A DNA stretch of 64,000 bases from an uncultured delta proteobacterium (GTDB taxonomy: Bacteria > Desulfobacterota > Desulfobacteria > Desulfobacterales > Desulfosalsimonadaceae): assembly GCA_963826785.1 (NCBI GenBank), contig CAWGYD010000004.1:192001-256000 (forward strand). The letters run 5' to 3'. Made by a program: the position numbers and the translations under genes. Below are positions 1 to 9,216 of the stretch, piece by piece; positions within the stretch are counted from its first letter, which is position 1, and each line of letters opens with the position of its first letter. The notes under the pieces are model-generated. The model was not told the origin of the DNA. It saw only the letters and a program-made list of their open reading frames with translations, and made no database searches.

Positions 1-1
1 C

Positions 2-1387
2 GCCCGCGGTGATGATCAGCTCCTTCTTCCGGTCGGTGATTTTCAAAAACCCCTTTTCATCGATCTTGCCCACGTCTCCGGAGTGGAGCCACCCGTCTTT
101 GTCGAGGGACTCCTTCGTGGCTTCCTCGTTTTTAAAATATCCTTTGAACACGTGGCGTCCGCGCATGAGCACTTCCCCGTCTTCGGCGATCTTGATCTCC
201 GAACCGGGCACCGCCGGACCGGCCCAGCCGATACGGAATTTATTGGGCTGGGGAAGAGACACGGTGCCGGGGCCGGTGCACTCGCTCATGCCGTAGACTT
301 CCGTGACCGGAACGCCCAGGCTGTGGAAGAATTCCAGGGTGTCTAAAGCAATCGGTGCGGCGGTGGTGATGAAGATCTTGCAGCGGTCCAGTCCCAGTTT
401 TTCTTTTACCTTGGTAAAGACGATCTTGTCGGCCAGTCCGTACATGAAGGGCATGGAGCCGCCTTCCTGGAACGCATAGGCCCCGGCAAGCCCCTTCTTT
501 TTGGCCCACAGCGCGATTTTTTTCCGCAGGGGCGGGGCTGCGGCACCGGCCGCCACCATTTTGGCCTGAATCTTTTCCCACACCCGGGGCACGCCCACGA
601 AAAGCGTGGGGCGGACCTCGGTGAGATTTTCTCCCAGTTTCTCCAGGCTTTCGGCAAACCAGACCGTGGCGCCCAGCTGGTAGGGGGCGTGCAGGCTGAC
701 CGCCTGTTCGGCGATATGGCTCAAGGGGAGATAGCTGATGATCTGGTCTTCATGATCCGCATCCAGAATACCGATCACCTGCTTGGCCACCCAGACGATG
801 TTGTCATGACTGATCATGACCCCCTTGGGATTGCCGGTGGTGCCGGACGTATAAATCAGGGTGCAGCAGTCATCCGGCTTCTGGATCTTGATCCGCTCCT
901 CCAGCTCTTTTTCAGAGACTTTTTTGGCAAGATTGGGAAGATCCGACCATGAATACACCTGCTCGTCCGGATCGGATCCGTTCATCAGGACAATGGCCTT
1001 GAGGTCGGGAAGATCGTTTCGAATCTGTTTGAATTTGGCCAGCTGCTCCGCGTTTTCCACCACGGCGATGTTGGCTTCGCTGTGGTGGGCGATAAAATGG
1101 CACTGTTCGGGGCTGTTGGTGGTGTATATGCCGCCGGGGACGGCACCTGCAAAAATGCCGGCCAGATCGCTGATGAACCACTGGGGGCAGTTGTTTCCCA
1201 GGATGGATACCGCCTTGCCCTTTTCCAGTCCGAGGGCCATGAACGCCCGGGCCGTCGTGCGGACCTGCTGGTAATAGTCTTTCCAGGTCGTTTCCTTCCA
1301 GTCTTCCCCGACTTTGTGTTTCAATGCGATCCGGTCAGCGAATTTGTCCGCTGTTTTTTTAAATTCCGCCATGATCGTCGACTTCAT
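2..1387 (-). CDS. Long-chain fatty acid--CoA ligase (AMP-binding), 3' end runs off the window
   Basis: Manual minus-strand translation from ATG 1387 (GGGGAG RBS): MKSTIMAEFKKTADKF...; AMP-binding signature TLIYTSGTTGNPKGVMISHDN, SYLPLSHIAEQ, EVYGMSECTGP, GWLHSGDVG; open to the window edge. Confidence 0.9.
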   Translation of the reverse strand, partial: MKSTIMAEFKKTADKFADRIALKHKVGEDWKETTWKDYYQQVRTTARAFMALGLEKGKAVSILGNNCPQWFISDLAGIFAGAVPGGIYTTNSPEQCHFIAHHSEANIAVVENAEQLAKFKQIRNDLPDLKAIVLMNGSDPDEQVYSWSDLPNLAKKVSEKELEERIKIQKPDDCCTLIYTSGTTGNPKGVMISHDNIVWVAKQVIGILDADHEDQIISYLPLSHIAEQAVSLHAPYQLGATVWFAESLEKLGENLTEVRPTLFVGVPRVWEKIQAKMVAAGAAAPPLRKKIALWAKKKGLAGAYAFQEGGSMPFMYGLADKIVFTKVKEKLGLDRCKIFITTAAPIALDTLEFFHSLGVPVTEVYGMSECTGPGTVSLPQPNKFRIGWAGPAVPGSEIKIAEDGEVLMRGRHVFKGYFKNEEATKESLDKDGWLHSGDVGKIDEKGFLKITDRKKELIITAG

Positions 1388-1736
1388 GAACTCCCCCTTT
1401 GGTGAAAAGGTTATTGTTAATGGTCATCCGCCCGGTACATCGTATAAAAGAGCACAATCGAATATGAGCCAATGCAGACGCATATTTTTTTTCGGGGTAA
1501 GAGCCGAGAAGGAATTAATAATCTGAATTTAATTTGTAAATCATTTAAACGGGGGTTTCAACTAAAAATGAACATCATCTTCATTTGTAAACGCTGTTTT
1601 CGGGCAAAGGCAGGGAATCGCTTTGCCTTTTTATCTTTGAAAACCGGGACCAACCGGTATATGTTCCACCGTATTCGGATGAAAGGCGATGTTTGATGAA
1701 ATTAAAATGTCCTAATGAGAATGGAAACCGCTCTCG

Positions 1737-2294
1737 ATGAAAAAAGATCCCGAAAAACAGGTGCACGGCCGCCGCATAGAGGTGGCAACATACGAATATG
1801 ATGGGCAATCGGTGGTGGTGGAAGGACGGCTGACCGATACCCGTTTTCGGAACACCTACTACCTGAGCGGCGAATTGAGGCCCCCCGGCATCGTGCATGA
1901 CCTGATCATCCGCATGCGGGTGACGGGGCCGGACCTGATCATCGAAGACATCGATGTGGAAATGGCGTCGGTACCCCGGGACGACTGCCGGGAAATCGAA
2001 GATTCTTTACGGCCGGTGGTGGGCTTGAAAATCAGCGCGGGGTTTACCGAACGGGTCAAGGCGCTGGTGGGGGGCCCGAGAGGCTGCACCCACCTGGTGG
2101 CGCTGCTGCTGACCATGGCGCCCGCCGCAGTTCAGGGGGCCTGGGCCGCAGTCGCCCAGCGGCCCATCGATTTCGGGAGCTATTCGGAAAAGGCGCTGGA
2201 GATTTTAGAAAACACCTGCTGGATCTGGCGTTCCGAAGGCCCGCTGATCCAGGAATACAAAGAAAAATTCGACCAGGCGAAAACCAGGAAGTGA
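1737..2294 (+). CDS. DUF2889-family protein
   Basis: 185-aa ORF with H.R.I start, VHDL, P..DC and GG..GCTHL..LL and C-terminal NTC motifs typical of DUF2889; divergent from the acyl-CoA ligase. Confidence 0.7.
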   Translation: MKKDPEKQVHGRRIEVATYEYDGQSVVVEGRLTDTRFRNTYYLSGELRPPGIVHDLIIRMRVTGPDLIIEDIDVEMASVPRDDCREIEDSLRPVVGLKISAGFTERVKALVGGPRGCTHLVALLLTMAPAAVQGAWAAVAQRPIDFGSYSEKALEILENTCWIWRSEGPLIQEYKEKFDQAKTRK

Positions 2295-2301
2295 TGTTGC
2301 A

Positions 2302-3792
2302 CTACCCGCTGTGAAATTCGCGTTTCAATAGCGCGGCCCCGATGGCAGGGGATTGATATGCGGTCTGCTCCCCTTCAAGCCAGCCCGTGAGATCCGGAGT
2401 CGGCAGACGGGGCCCCGCACCGGCGAGATACAGGATGATTCCGAAAAGAGTCGTTGCCCCGGTGAGCAGGATGGTGACCCAGATGGCGCGTTTGAGGCCC
2501 TCCAGTGTTATTTCTGCTCCTCCTGAGGATGCCACCTGGAGCATCACCGGGCCGAGGATGAAATCAGCTTCCGAGCGCACGAGTTCCACCAGTGCGATGG
2601 TCCGCCCCACCATTTTGACCGGAAGGGAAAAACTGGCCATGATCAGTCCGGGGGCCACTGTGGCGCCGGCGCCGAGCCCGAGCAGTCCGGCGGTTCCGAG
2701 CAGAATGGCATGTGACCCCTGGGGCGAAAGAAAGAGCATCGTAATGCCGCCGGCCATGATCAGGATCATGCCTGCCAGGGTCAGCAGCGGCAGAAAACGT
2801 GTTCGCAGAAGAGCGCCCAGCAGGAATGCCGTTATCAGCACACCGGCAATCTGGGGCCAGAATGCCAGCCCGGCTTCAAGCGGGGAACGGCCCAGAATTT
2901 CAATTAAATAGCGCTCGGAAAGCATCAGAAGTGAAATAAACGCGCCGCCGCCGATGCTGGCGGCAATCAGCCCGAGCAGCGGATAGGTGTGCCACATCGG
3001 CTTGACCGGCGCAAGCGGTTCTTTTTTGTGATATTGCGTCAGCAGAAGGGCGATGAGGCAGGCCAACCCTGCGGCCAGCGGTACTGCAAAAATGTATGAA
3101 GAGAGTTTGTGGCCGGTCAGCTCCCCGGTGGCCCAGAACGGCAGCACGGTTGCGGCAAATGCCAGCGGGAAGGCCGCCCGGTCATAGGGCAGATCGGGGT
3201 TGAACGGCTTCTGGTCCGGCAGGGTAAAAAGCGCAGCCGTAAATACACCGGCGCCGATTCCCGCCAGCCCTGCGTAGAACCAGCGCCAGGATTCATAGTA
3301 GGCAACCGTTCCGCCGATCATGGGGCCGATCGTCACCGCACCGAAAAAGCCGATGTTGACGGCGGTCGCCGTTCTCGGCAGCCGTTCCGGAGGAAAACGC
3401 CGGAACACCGGCGGCAAAGCCGATACCAGCAGCATCCCGGTGGCCAGACCGGTCAGGACGCGTCCGGCCCCGTACACGAGAACCCCTCCCGATACCGCAG
3501 CCAGCAGGCATCCGATAATAAAGAGGATTTCGCAGGACAAAAAAAGCGTGCGCTGGGAGAGCCGCTGGGTTAAATCACCGCCGAGCAGGGCGCCGAACGC
3601 ATATCCTGCCGTCGACAGCCCGGATATGATTTCAATGCCGTTCAGGCCGGCCCCCAGTTCGGAGACGATCTGATCCCGGTACAGGGATGCTGCGGTGGTC
3701 AGGACAATGAAAGGGGAAATTGCAAGTATCGCGATGGTCAGCATGGCACCATAGCTGCCGGCAAACGGGCGGGGTATGGATATGCGCTTCAT
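2302..3792 (-). CDS. MFS transporter
   Basis: 496-aa highly hydrophobic ORF with about 14 TM segments, GRVLTGLATG and GPMIGG motifs; AGGAG RBS. Confidence 0.8.
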   Translation of the reverse strand: MKRISIPRPFAGSYGAMLTIAILAISPFIVLTTAASLYRDQIVSELGAGLNGIEIISGLSTAGYAFGALLGGDLTQRLSQRTLFLSCEILFIIGCLLAAVSGGVLVYGAGRVLTGLATGMLLVSALPPVFRRFPPERLPRTATAVNIGFFGAVTIGPMIGGTVAYYESWRWFYAGLAGIGAGVFTAALFTLPDQKPFNPDLPYDRAAFPLAFAATVLPFWATGELTGHKLSSYIFAVPLAAGLACLIALLLTQYHKKEPLAPVKPMWHTYPLLGLIAASIGGGAFISLLMLSERYLIEILGRSPLEAGLAFWPQIAGVLITAFLLGALLRTRFLPLLTLAGMILIMAGGITMLFLSPQGSHAILLGTAGLLGLGAGATVAPGLIMASFSLPVKMVGRTIALVELVRSEADFILGPVMLQVASSGGAEITLEGLKRAIWVTILLTGATTLFGIILYLAGAGPRLPTPDLTGWLEGEQTAYQSPAIGAALLKREFHSG

Positions 3793-3947
3793 GGGGCTCC
3801 CTCCTGGGGCAGGTTTCCTGTTCCATTTCTTTATAATCGCCCTTGAATGGGATCGGAATGGGGTCGGTGCTGTATTTGCTCAAAAGGGAGTTGGGATATA
3901 CAAAGACCGGGAGTGGTATGGCGGTGCTGCAATGATGTTTCTCCTAC

Positions 3948-3997
3948 AAAAAAAAACGCAAAGAAAGGTATTTAACAAAAAACCCCTTTGCTTTGCG
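3948..3997 (-). terminator. Intrinsic terminator downstream of the DEAD helicase
   Basis: Imperfect stem CGCAAAG-AAAGG / CCTTTG-CTTTGCG followed on the minus strand by T9. Confidence 0.55.
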
Positions 3998-4044
3998 CGA
4001 TTGCGGGAGAGATTATAATTTTTTAGATCAGAAGGCCGATGATT

Positions 4045-5355
4045 TTATCGACGACGGCTTCCTTTTCCGGAGGCAAAAACGGGCATGACGCCCGTGGCCG
4101 CGTCCCGATTCGGAAACCTTCCGTCCCTGCGGGAGGCGGTCGGCTGCTTGGCCGGAGCCTGCCGGTGACCGGTGGAAGGCTTGCGGTTGCCCGGATTCTG
4201 GATCGAAGATCGTTTAAACGGATCGGCTTTTGTGGGTGAATTATAATTGAAATCGGACAGGGTCCTGCGTTCGATGGCTGATCCGATGACCCTGTCGATG
4301 GCCCGGACCATCTGGGTGTCTTCCGCAGTGATCAGGGTAAAGGCGTCGCCCGTACGGGCCGCCCGACCGGTGCGGCCGATGCGGTGGATGTAGGCATCGG
4401 GGGTGTTGGGAATATCATAGTTGATCACGTGTGAAACATTGGCGATATCGATCCCCCGCGCGGCGATGTCGGTGGCCACCAGAATCTGGTAGGTTCCGTT
4501 GCGAAAGCCGTTAATGGCATCCTGCCGCCGGTTTTGTGAAAGGTTTCCCTGCAACGATGCGGTTTTGTATCCGGCCCGGCTCAGCTGTTCACCCAGGCGT
4601 TTGGCCCGGTGTTTGGTGCGGGTGAAGACCAGGACGGAATCGGTCCGGGTCTGCTCAAGCAGCTTGAGCAAAAGCGGTGTCTTCAAATGTTGGGAAACAG
4701 GAAAGAGCGCATGGGAAACGGTTTCTGCCGGTGCGGTGATCCCCACCTGGACAGTGACCGGATCGGTCAGGCTTTCGCCTGCCAGACTCCGGATTTCCTG
4801 CGGCATGGTGGCGGAAAAAAGCAGGGTCTGCCGTTTTGCCGGTATTTGTTTCAGGATGCGCCGGATGTCGGGCAGAAATCCCATGTCGAACATGTGATCG
4901 GCTTCGTCCAGCACCAGTACTTCAAGGGCGGAAAGGTCGACTGTTTTACGGCCGATATGGTCGAGGAGACGGCCGGGGCAGGCCACGATGACATCGGCCC
5001 TTTTGCCCGATTTGATCTGCGGGCCGATGGCCACGCCGCCGTAAATGGCCAGGCTTTTCAGGCCGGTCTTTTTCCCCAGGACCCCGATGGCATCGTGGAT
5101 CTGTTCGGCCAGTTCACGGGTGGGCGCAACGATGAGGGCGCGGGTGGTTCCCCGTTTGCCGTCAATCAGGCGGTTTAAAATCGGCAGTACGAAAGCGGCT
5201 GTTTTGCCGGTGCCGGTCTGAGCCAGGCCCATGACGTCCTTGCCGGCCATAACCGGGGGAATGGCCTGGGTCTGAATGGGGGTGGGGACAGTGTATCCGG
5301 CGGCGGTAACGCCTGCCGCGACAGCGGGATGGAGCTTAAACGTTTGGAAACTCAT
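4045..5355 (-). CDS. rhlE: DEAD-box RNA helicase, RhlE-like
   Basis: Q motif PTPIQ, AQTGTGKT, PTRELA, DEAD, SAT, HRIGRTGR; start taken at MSFQTFKL (ATG 5355, GAGG RBS) rather than the 5484 ORF start. Confidence 0.88.
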   Translation of the reverse strand: MSFQTFKLHPAVAAGVTAAGYTVPTPIQTQAIPPVMAGKDVMGLAQTGTGKTAAFVLPILNRLIDGKRGTTRALIVAPTRELAEQIHDAIGVLGKKTGLKSLAIYGGVAIGPQIKSGKRADVIVACPGRLLDHIGRKTVDLSALEVLVLDEADHMFDMGFLPDIRRILKQIPAKRQTLLFSATMPQEIRSLAGESLTDPVTVQVGITAPAETVSHALFPVSQHLKTPLLLKLLEQTRTDSVLVFTRTKHRAKRLGEQLSRAGYKTASLQGNLSQNRRQDAINGFRNGTYQILVATDIAARGIDIANVSHVINYDIPNTPDAYIHRIGRTGRAARTGDAFTLITAEDTQMVRAIDRVIGSAIERRTLSDFNYNSPTKADPFKRSSIQNPGNRKPSTGHRQAPAKQPTASRRDGRFPNRDAATGVMPVFASGKGSRRR

Positions 5356-5380
5356 AAAACCTCTTCTTGTGAGTGAGCAT

Positions 5381-5411
5381 AAAAAAAGCCCCGGAATTTG
5401 TTCCGGGGCTT
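5381..5411 (-). terminator. Terminator-like hairpin in the 5' leader of the helicase gene
   Basis: Perfect 11-bp stem AAGCCCCGGAA-4nt-TTCCGGGGCTT ending in a T7 run on the minus strand, about 25 nt before the ATG. Confidence 0.7.
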
Positions 5412-5452
5412 GCAATTTCTTTTGATTTGTCCAGGAAAAACTACGATGGGCA

Positions 5453-5481
5453 AAGATAGAGGCTGATAAGGATATTGTCAA
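5453..5481 (-). promoter_or_regulatory. sigma70-type promoter of the helicase gene
   Basis: TTGACA-17 nt-TATCTT on the minus strand. Confidence 0.65.
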
Positions 5482-5714
5482 CATAAATCTTTGCCGACAA
5501 CGTAAAAAGCGTAATTATGCCCTTCAATTGTGTCCTTTTTTACCCGTCCGTCAGCGGCGCCTCCCTATGATGTATGAGCGAGCGGACGGTTATTCGGAAA
5601 AACGGCAAGCGTTTAAATCTCTTTCTCTTCTCAATCCCTTATAATTCCGGCTTTAAAATCATTGAATGACTGGGCCTTTTCCGGGGTCAACCGGAAATTT
5701 TTTGGGTTAAGGGC

Positions 5715-5754
5715 TTGACAAGCAGCGGCAGTCCGGGTTAATGGTAGTACCAAT
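5715..5754 (+). promoter_or_regulatory. Promoter with FadR/PdhR-type operator upstream of the GntR operon
   Basis: TTGACA at 5715-5720, then ATGGT-AGT-ACCAAT (TGGT-N3-ACCA, 5742-5752); weaker second copy AAGT-AGG-ACCAT at about 5883-5894. Confidence 0.6.
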
Positions 5755-5904
5755 GCACATGCTGGATTAAAAATCGTAACCGAATCTTTAATTAAACTTA
5801 TCTGAATTAATGGCTAAATTTAATTAAAGGGGTTCCGGCTAAAATTTTAAACATCGATAATCAAGCTGTTTTTATCAGGTTAAAGTAGGACCATTTGAAC
5901 CGAA

Positions 5905-6693
5905 ATGACGGGTACCATGAATTATAAAGATACCATTTTCAGTCCCGCCCAGGTCGGCAGGGCCGGCGAAGATATCGCGCTGCAGATCGAGGCGGCCATT
6001 ATCGGCGGAAAGATTGATCCCGGAGAACGCCTGCCCAGTGAGCGGGATCTGCAGGTGCAGTTTCACACGTGCCGGGGCGTGATCCGGGAAGCCCTGGGCG
6101 CATTGAAACAAAAGGGCCTGATCGAGATCAAAAAGGGCGCCAAGGGCGGGGCGTTCGTCAAAGAGGTGGAAATGAGACTGGTCAGCGAATCGCTTGCCCT
6201 GTTTTTAAAACAGCGGCAGGTGGACCCGGCCTATCTCATCGAGTTTCGCGAAAGCCTCGACCGGACCATCACGACCCTGGCGATCGCCCGGGGAACGCTT
6301 GCGGAAAAAGAACAGCTGGTGGCCGGCGCAGAGTGTCTGCTCAAGGAACTCAAAAAGATCGAACCGGACATGGAATCGGTGTTTGAGATCGACCGGAACC
6401 TGAACCTGCTTCTGGCGCAAATGACGAAAAACCCGCTGTTCGACTGGATCATGCGGGCCATACAGTCGGGATTGAGCTCCTATGACCACCCCTTGTATAC
6501 CCATCCGGATTATCGGGAACGAACCGCGATCAACTGGCTGGAAACGGCCCGGGGAATCGCTCAAAACGAGCCGCTGCGCGCCCTTTCGGTTATCGGGTAT
6601 CATTATGTCATGCTGCGCGATTGTCTGGCAGCGCAATCGGCGCACCAGGATCAAACCGACGAATTTGCAGTAAATCATACGGAAACACAGTGA
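5905..6693 (+). CDS. GntR-family (FadR subfamily) transcriptional regulator
   Basis: wHTH PGERLPSERDLQVQFHTCRGVIREAL...GAKGGAFV, followed by an FCD-like C-terminal domain. Confidence 0.88.
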   Translation: MTGTMNYKDTIFSPAQVGRAGEDIALQIEAAIIGGKIDPGERLPSERDLQVQFHTCRGVIREALGALKQKGLIEIKKGAKGGAFVKEVEMRLVSESLALFLKQRQVDPAYLIEFRESLDRTITTLAIARGTLAEKEQLVAGAECLLKELKKIEPDMESVFEIDRNLNLLLAQMTKNPLFDWIMRAIQSGLSSYDHPLYTHPDYRERTAINWLETARGIAQNEPLRALSVIGYHYVMLRDCLAAQSAHQDQTDEFAVNHTETQ

Positions 6694-6756
6694 TGCGGGC
6701 GCGCCCGGCGAACGGGATCAAAAACGCGCCTGCGCATCCGAAGGAAGTATCGATAC

Positions 6757-7476
6757 ATGTTACAGGCATCTCATCTCACTAAAAAATTCGGGGAACTGGT
6801 TGCGGTAAATGATCTGAGCTTCCGCGTGGAAACGGGTCAGGTGTATGGCATTGCCGGCCCCAATGGGGCTGGGAAATCAACGGTCTACAACCTGATCACC
6901 GGAAATTACGCGTTTGAGGGGGATATCACGTTTAACGGAACGAGCATTTCCGGGATGCCCCCCCACAAGATCGCCCAGCTGGGCATTTCACGCACCTTCC
7001 AGATTCCCCAGACCTTTCCCAGCCTCACGGTGGAGCAGACCCTGGGCGTGGGATCCCGCTTTGGTGACGATCAGGGCTATGACGCCGGGTTTGTGGATGA
7101 AATCCTGGCGTTTCTGGACCTGGAGGAAGACCGCCACCGGATGACCGGCGATCTCAATCTTCTGGGCAAGAAAAAACTCATGATCGGCGCGGCACTGGCC
7201 ACCCGCCCGAAAATACTGCTGCTCGACGAGCCCATGGCCGGCTCCAATGCCCATGAAATCCGGGCACTCATGGACCTGATCCGGCGCATCAACGAAGACA
7301 TGGGGGTTACCATCATCATCATCGAACATTTCATGAAAGTGCTCACCGAACTCACCGAAAGGCTGCTCATCATCGAAGCCGGCACCCAGGTTGCGGAAGG
7401 CGACCCGGACGAGGTGACCAGTGATCCCGAGGTGATCGAATGCTATCTGGGCGATGCGTATGCTGACGGCAACTGA
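6757..7476 (+). CDS. LIV-type ABC transporter ATP-binding protein (LivG-like)
   Basis: GPNGAGKST, ISRTFQ, LLLDEP, IIIEH, V..CYLG C-terminus. Confidence 0.9.
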   Translation: MLQASHLTKKFGELVAVNDLSFRVETGQVYGIAGPNGAGKSTVYNLITGNYAFEGDITFNGTSISGMPPHKIAQLGISRTFQIPQTFPSLTVEQTLGVGSRFGDDQGYDAGFVDEILAFLDLEEDRHRMTGDLNLLGKKKLMIGAALATRPKILLLDEPMAGSNAHEIRALMDLIRRINEDMGVTIIIIEHFMKVLTELTERLLIIEAGTQVAEGDPDEVTSDPEVIECYLGDAYADGN

Positions 7477-8164
7477 TGTAAATGCCTACTACGGCCAGTT
7501 CCATGTGCTGCACGGGGTTTCGTGCAGGGTGCGCAAGGGCGAAGTGGTGGTCATGCTGGGCCCCAACGGCCACGGCAAGAGCACGCTTTTAAAATCCATC
7601 TGCGGTCTGGTGGACCGGGTGGAAGGCACCATCACCTATAAAGGAGACAATATTTCCGGGCTGTCTGCGGAAAAGCTGGTCAACCGGGGGGTGATCTATA
7701 TCGCGGAAAACCGGGAACTGTTCGGCGACATGACGGTGCTGGAGAATCTGAAACTGGGGGCGTACTCCCCCAACGCGCGCCCGGCGGAAAAGAAAAACCT
7801 GGCCCAGGTGTTTGACCTTTTTCCCCGCCTGGCCGAACGGAAAAAGCAGATCGCCTCCACCATGAGCGGCGGGGAAGCCCGCATGCTGGCCATCGCCAGG
7901 GGGCTGATGTCCAATGCGGATTTTTTGTGCATCGACGAACCTTCCCTGGGCCTGCAGCCGAACCTTCGAGTGGAAGTCTTCAATATCATAAAGGAAATAA
8001 ACCGGCAGGGTAAATCCATCCTGCTGGTGGAACAGAACATTCCCCAGATTGCCGAACTGGCGGACCGGATTTATGTGCTGGAAGAAGGGTGCATCACCTT
8101 CGAGGGGGATGCCGAAGCCGCCGCCCGGGATGATCACCTGAAAGAAATTTTTTTGGGAATGTAA
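7454..8164 (+). CDS. LIV-type ABC transporter ATP-binding protein (LivF-like)
   Basis: GPNGHGKST, LFPRLAERKKQIASTMSGGE, DEPSLGL, LLVEQN. Confidence 0.9.
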   Translation: MRMLTATDVNAYYGQFHVLHGVSCRVRKGEVVVMLGPNGHGKSTLLKSICGLVDRVEGTITYKGDNISGLSAEKLVNRGVIYIAENRELFGDMTVLENLKLGAYSPNARPAEKKNLAQVFDLFPRLAERKKQIASTMSGGEARMLAIARGLMSNADFLCIDEPSLGLQPNLRVEVFNIIKEINRQGKSILLVEQNIPQIAELADRIYVLEEGCITFEGDAEAAARDDHLKEIFLGM

Positions 8165-8180
8165 TCGGAAGAAAAGAAAC

Positions 8181-9056
8181 ATGCTCCTTGAATATCTGGA
8201 TGTCTTTATCAGCGGCCTGACCAACGGTTCCGTATATGCGCTCATGGCCGTCGGCCTGACGCTGGTGTACGGTGTGAGCCGGGCGTTTAACTTCGCCTAC
8301 GGTTCGTTTTTCAGTCTGGGCGGTTATGTCGCCTGGGTTTTCATGATGTATCTGGGTGTGCGGGGCGGTTACATCATGGTCTTTTTCCTGTCCATACCGC
8401 TTCTGATGGTCTTCGGGTATTTCACCGAAAAGCTGATCGTCGCCCCTTTGCGAAAACGCTCGGACTGGGAAGTCAAGGTCATGATGATCACCCTGGGACT
8501 GGCGCTGTTTATGGACAATGGCTTCCAGGTCCTTTTCGGCCCGCGCATGAAGTCGCTTCCGCCCATCATGGAAGGCGCCATCCAGGCGGGGGATGTTTTC
8601 ATCTCCAACCAGGACCTGATGATTTTTATCCTGTCGATTTCAGGCATCCTCGCTTTCCGCTGGCTGCTCAACAACACCCGCATCGGCATGGCGGTCCGTG
8701 CCGTGGCCCAGAATCCGGCGGGTGCGCAGATTGTCGGAATTCCCAAAGACAAGATTTTCGCGGCCACTTTTGCCATATCCACGGTCATGGTGGGCACGGG
8801 GGGCATCCTGCTGGCGCAGAAATATTTTGTTTCTCCCACCGGCGGCTGGGACATCCTGGTCAAATCATGGGTGATCACGGCATTCGGCGGCATGGGCTCA
8901 ATCCGCGGAGGCCTGTATGCGGCCTTTATCCTGGGGATGCTCGAAGCGTTTGTGGGCTACTGGTTCGGCCTGAACTGGGTCCTTTTTGCCCTGTTCGCCG
9001 TGCTGCTCACCACCCTGGCCATCCGGCCACAGGGGCTCATGGGAAAGTGGGGCTGA
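8181..9056 (+). CDS. LIV-type ABC permease (LivH-like)
   Basis: GSVYALMAVGLTLVYGV..FNFA, T..G.A.RAVAQN, GGMGS..G motifs. Confidence 0.9.
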   Translation: MLLEYLDVFISGLTNGSVYALMAVGLTLVYGVSRAFNFAYGSFFSLGGYVAWVFMMYLGVRGGYIMVFFLSIPLLMVFGYFTEKLIVAPLRKRSDWEVKVMMITLGLALFMDNGFQVLFGPRMKSLPPIMEGAIQAGDVFISNQDLMIFILSISGILAFRWLLNNTRIGMAVRAVAQNPAGAQIVGIPKDKIFAATFAISTVMVGTGGILLAQKYFVSPTGGWDILVKSWVITAFGGMGSIRGGLYAAFILGMLEAFVGYWFGLNWVLFALFAVLLTTLAIRPQGLMGKWG

Positions 9057-9180
9057 TGGCGAAGTTAAAAGGACCATCTACGGCGTTGCAGCCATTTTTC
9101 ATCCGCTCAACATACGCGGTGTATGCCCTCGCGGATGAAAAATGGCGCGTCTTGTATATGGGCCTTTTAACTTCGCCATC
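9055..9180. repeat. 126-bp palindromic MITE/REP-like element
   Basis: Perfect 18-bp terminal inverted repeats GATGGCGAAGTTAAAAGG/CCTTTTAACTTCGCCATC, inner perfect 16-bp IR GCCATTTTTCATCCGC/GCGGATGAAAAATGGC, central CATAC/GTATG. Confidence 0.85.
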
Positions 9181-9216
9181 CCATTAATCCCCTAATGGTT
9201 AGGAAGTAAGAACCTT

